In this document: one piece after another, positions 61,956 through 64,000 of the stretch
How positions within the stretch are numbered: the first letter of the stretch is position 1
How the letters are laid out: each line of letters begins with the position of its first letter
Source: Squalus acanthias
Lineage: Eukaryota
NCBI GenBank assembly: GCA_030390025.1
Contig: CM059433.1
Location: 2,542,001-2,606,000 of the forward strand
Reading direction: 5' to 3'
Length of the DNA: 64,000 bases
Notes under the pieces: generated by a model
The model's database searches: none
What the model saw: the letters and a program-made list of their open reading frames with translations, nothing else
Told to the model about the DNA's origin: nothing
Position numbers and translations under genes: made by a program

Positions 61956-63730
61956 AAGAACATAAGACGTAGGAGCAGGAGTCGGTCATTTGGCCCCTCG
62001 AGCCTGCTCCGCCATTCAATGAGATCATGGCTGATCTGATCTTGGCCTCAACTCCACTTCCCTGCCCGCTCCCCATAACCCTTGACTCCCTTATCATTCA
62101 AAAATCTGTCTATCTCCACCTTAAATATATTCAATAACCCAGCCTCCACAGCTCTCTGGGGAAGAGAATTCCAAAGATTCACGACCCTTTGAGAAAGAAA
62201 TTCCTCCTCATTTCCGATTTAAAAGGGTGCCCCCTTATTCTGAAATTATGCCCCCTAGTTCTAGATTCCCCCACAAGGGGAAACATCCTCTCTGCATCTA
62301 CCCTGTCAAGCCCCTTCAGAATCTTATATGTTTCAATAAGATCCCCTCTCATTCTTCTAAACTCCAATGAGTATAGGCCCAACCTGCTCAACCTTTCTTC
62401 ATAAGACAACCCCTTCATCTCTGGAATCAACCTCGTGAACCTTCTCTGAACTGCCTCCAATGCAAGTATATTCTTCCTTAAATAAGGAGACCAAAACTGT
62501 ACGCAGTACTCCAGGTGTGGTCTCACCAATACCCTGTACAGTTGTAACAGGACTTTCCTACTTTTATACTCCATTCCCTTTGCAATAAAGGCCAACATTC
62601 CATTTGCCTTCCTAATTACTTGCTGTACCTGTATGCTAACTTTTTGTGATTCCTGTACAAGGACCCCCAGATCCCTCTGTACCTCAGCCTTTTGTAATCT
62701 CTCCCTGTTTAAATAATTATTTGCTTTTTTATTTTTCCTACCAAAGTGGATAACCTCGCATTTTCCCACATTAAACTCCATCTGCCAGATTTTTGCCCAC
62801 TCACTTAGCCTATCTATATCCCTTTGGAGATTCTTTGCGTCCTCCACACAATTAACTTTCCCACCTATCTTTGTATCATCAGCAAATTTGGCTACATTAC
62901 ACTCAGTCCCTTCATCCAAGTCATTAATATAGATTGTAAATAGTTGAGGCCCCAGCACTGATCCCTGCGGCACCCCACTAGTTACAGTTTGCCAACCTGA
63001 AAATGACCCATTTATCCCAACTCTCTGTTTTCTGTTAGTTAGCCAATCCTCTATCCATGCTAATATATTACCCCCAACCCCGTGAGCTCTTATCTTGTGT
63101 AGTAACCTTTTATGTGGCACCTTATCGAATGCCTTCTGGAAATCCAAATACACGACATCTACTGGTTCCCCTTTATCCACCCTGCTCATTACATCCTCAA
63201 AGAATTCCAGCAAATTTGTCAAACATGATTTCACTTTCATAAAACCATGCTCACTCTGCTTGACTGTACAGGAAACTCTCATTTTAACGGCACCTAAATA
63301 TCCGGAATTCTCTATTAACCGGCAGAATTCATACTCCGAAAACAACAGCTCAATAACCGTTTTGTTTTACTGTTAAGTAATTAAAGAGTTCTGGATTACC
63401 CTCAACTGGCAGTAGTGTATTTAATCAAGCATCTTCCACCATCAATTTAACACAACATTCTGTAGGGGAGTACCCAATTACTGTATACTGCACATTTCTT
63501 GATTTTTTTATTTTTGTTTGTTAAAAATAGCCTCGGTAGATAACCCTCTCCGTTATCCGGAATTTTTAATCAACCGGCACCATCCCGGTCCCGTCGGTGC
63601 CGGATACCAAAGAGTTTCCTGGATTATGATTTTCTAAATGTCCTGCTATCACTTCCTTAAAGATGGACTCCAGCATTTTCCCAATGACAGATGTTAGGCT
63701 AACTGGTCGATAGTTGCCTGCTTTCTGTCT
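61956..63730 (-). mobile_element. LINE family A, long copy interrupted by a MITE
   Basis: ORF 62179-63345 has RT motifs. The upstream part (GNYRPVSLTSVIGKMLE) continues at 63622-63730. Confidence 0.95.
63269..63621. mobile_element. Tc1/mariner-pogo (Tigger-like) MITE
   Basis: TA|CAGGAAACTCT...AGAGTTTCCTG|GA, with subterminal TATCCGGAA and AACCGGCA repeats. It is inserted at a TA of the LINE. Confidence 0.8.
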
Positions 63731-64000
63731 CGTGGCAGAAAATGGCAGAAAATATGTTGTATGATGTATTTCCTTCATTTGCAAGGTGTCATAAAATACC
63801 CATCCATTTGTGGGTGAGCATATTAGACATCTTCCCCTACTATTGCCCTAAAATCTGACAGGCATAAAAGAGAGGGTCCCACTCAGAATCTGCTCCATTT
63901 ATAGCCCAGAGGCTGCTGGTAATTTCGGACCCTGAGATCCAAAAGCATGATATGTGTGTGCAGTCTAGGAGTTGTAGGGTTAAGTTTGCCATCGATACTG

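Overview
This is repeat-dense vertebrate DNA, most likely from a cartilaginous fish. That is inferred from the HER1/CR1-like LINEs with (TTCTTATG/TTTCTATG)n tails, Deu-domain SINEs and Penelope pLTR relics. I can support no intact host gene; nearly all long ORFs are decayed transposon sequence. The window holds: about 16 fragments of a CR1-clade LINE (family A); about 5 copies of a second RT LINE (family B); an RTE 3' end; a Penelope-like element with GIY-YIG endonuclease, inverted pLTR and hammerhead core; a near-full-length PIF/Harbinger transposon with a convergent spliced Myb/SANT gene and transposase (34404-38436); a second Harbinger that kept its Myb gene but lost most of its transposase (41711-44663), plus a deletion derivative; an ancient Harbinger transposase relic; many Harbinger-type MITEs with 3-bp TSDs; one hAT MITE; one Tigger-like MITE; a candidate ~1.5 kb solo LTR; and three tandem arrays. 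The most unusual signal is a six-copy ~750 bp MITE family. It is built as a chain of hairpins whose arms co-vary between subfamilies, with an invariant AG|GTAAGT splice donor in an AT-rich core and promoter-like NRF1/ETS/E-box/CCAAT motifs. Coordinates of decayed repeats were read by eye and are approximate.
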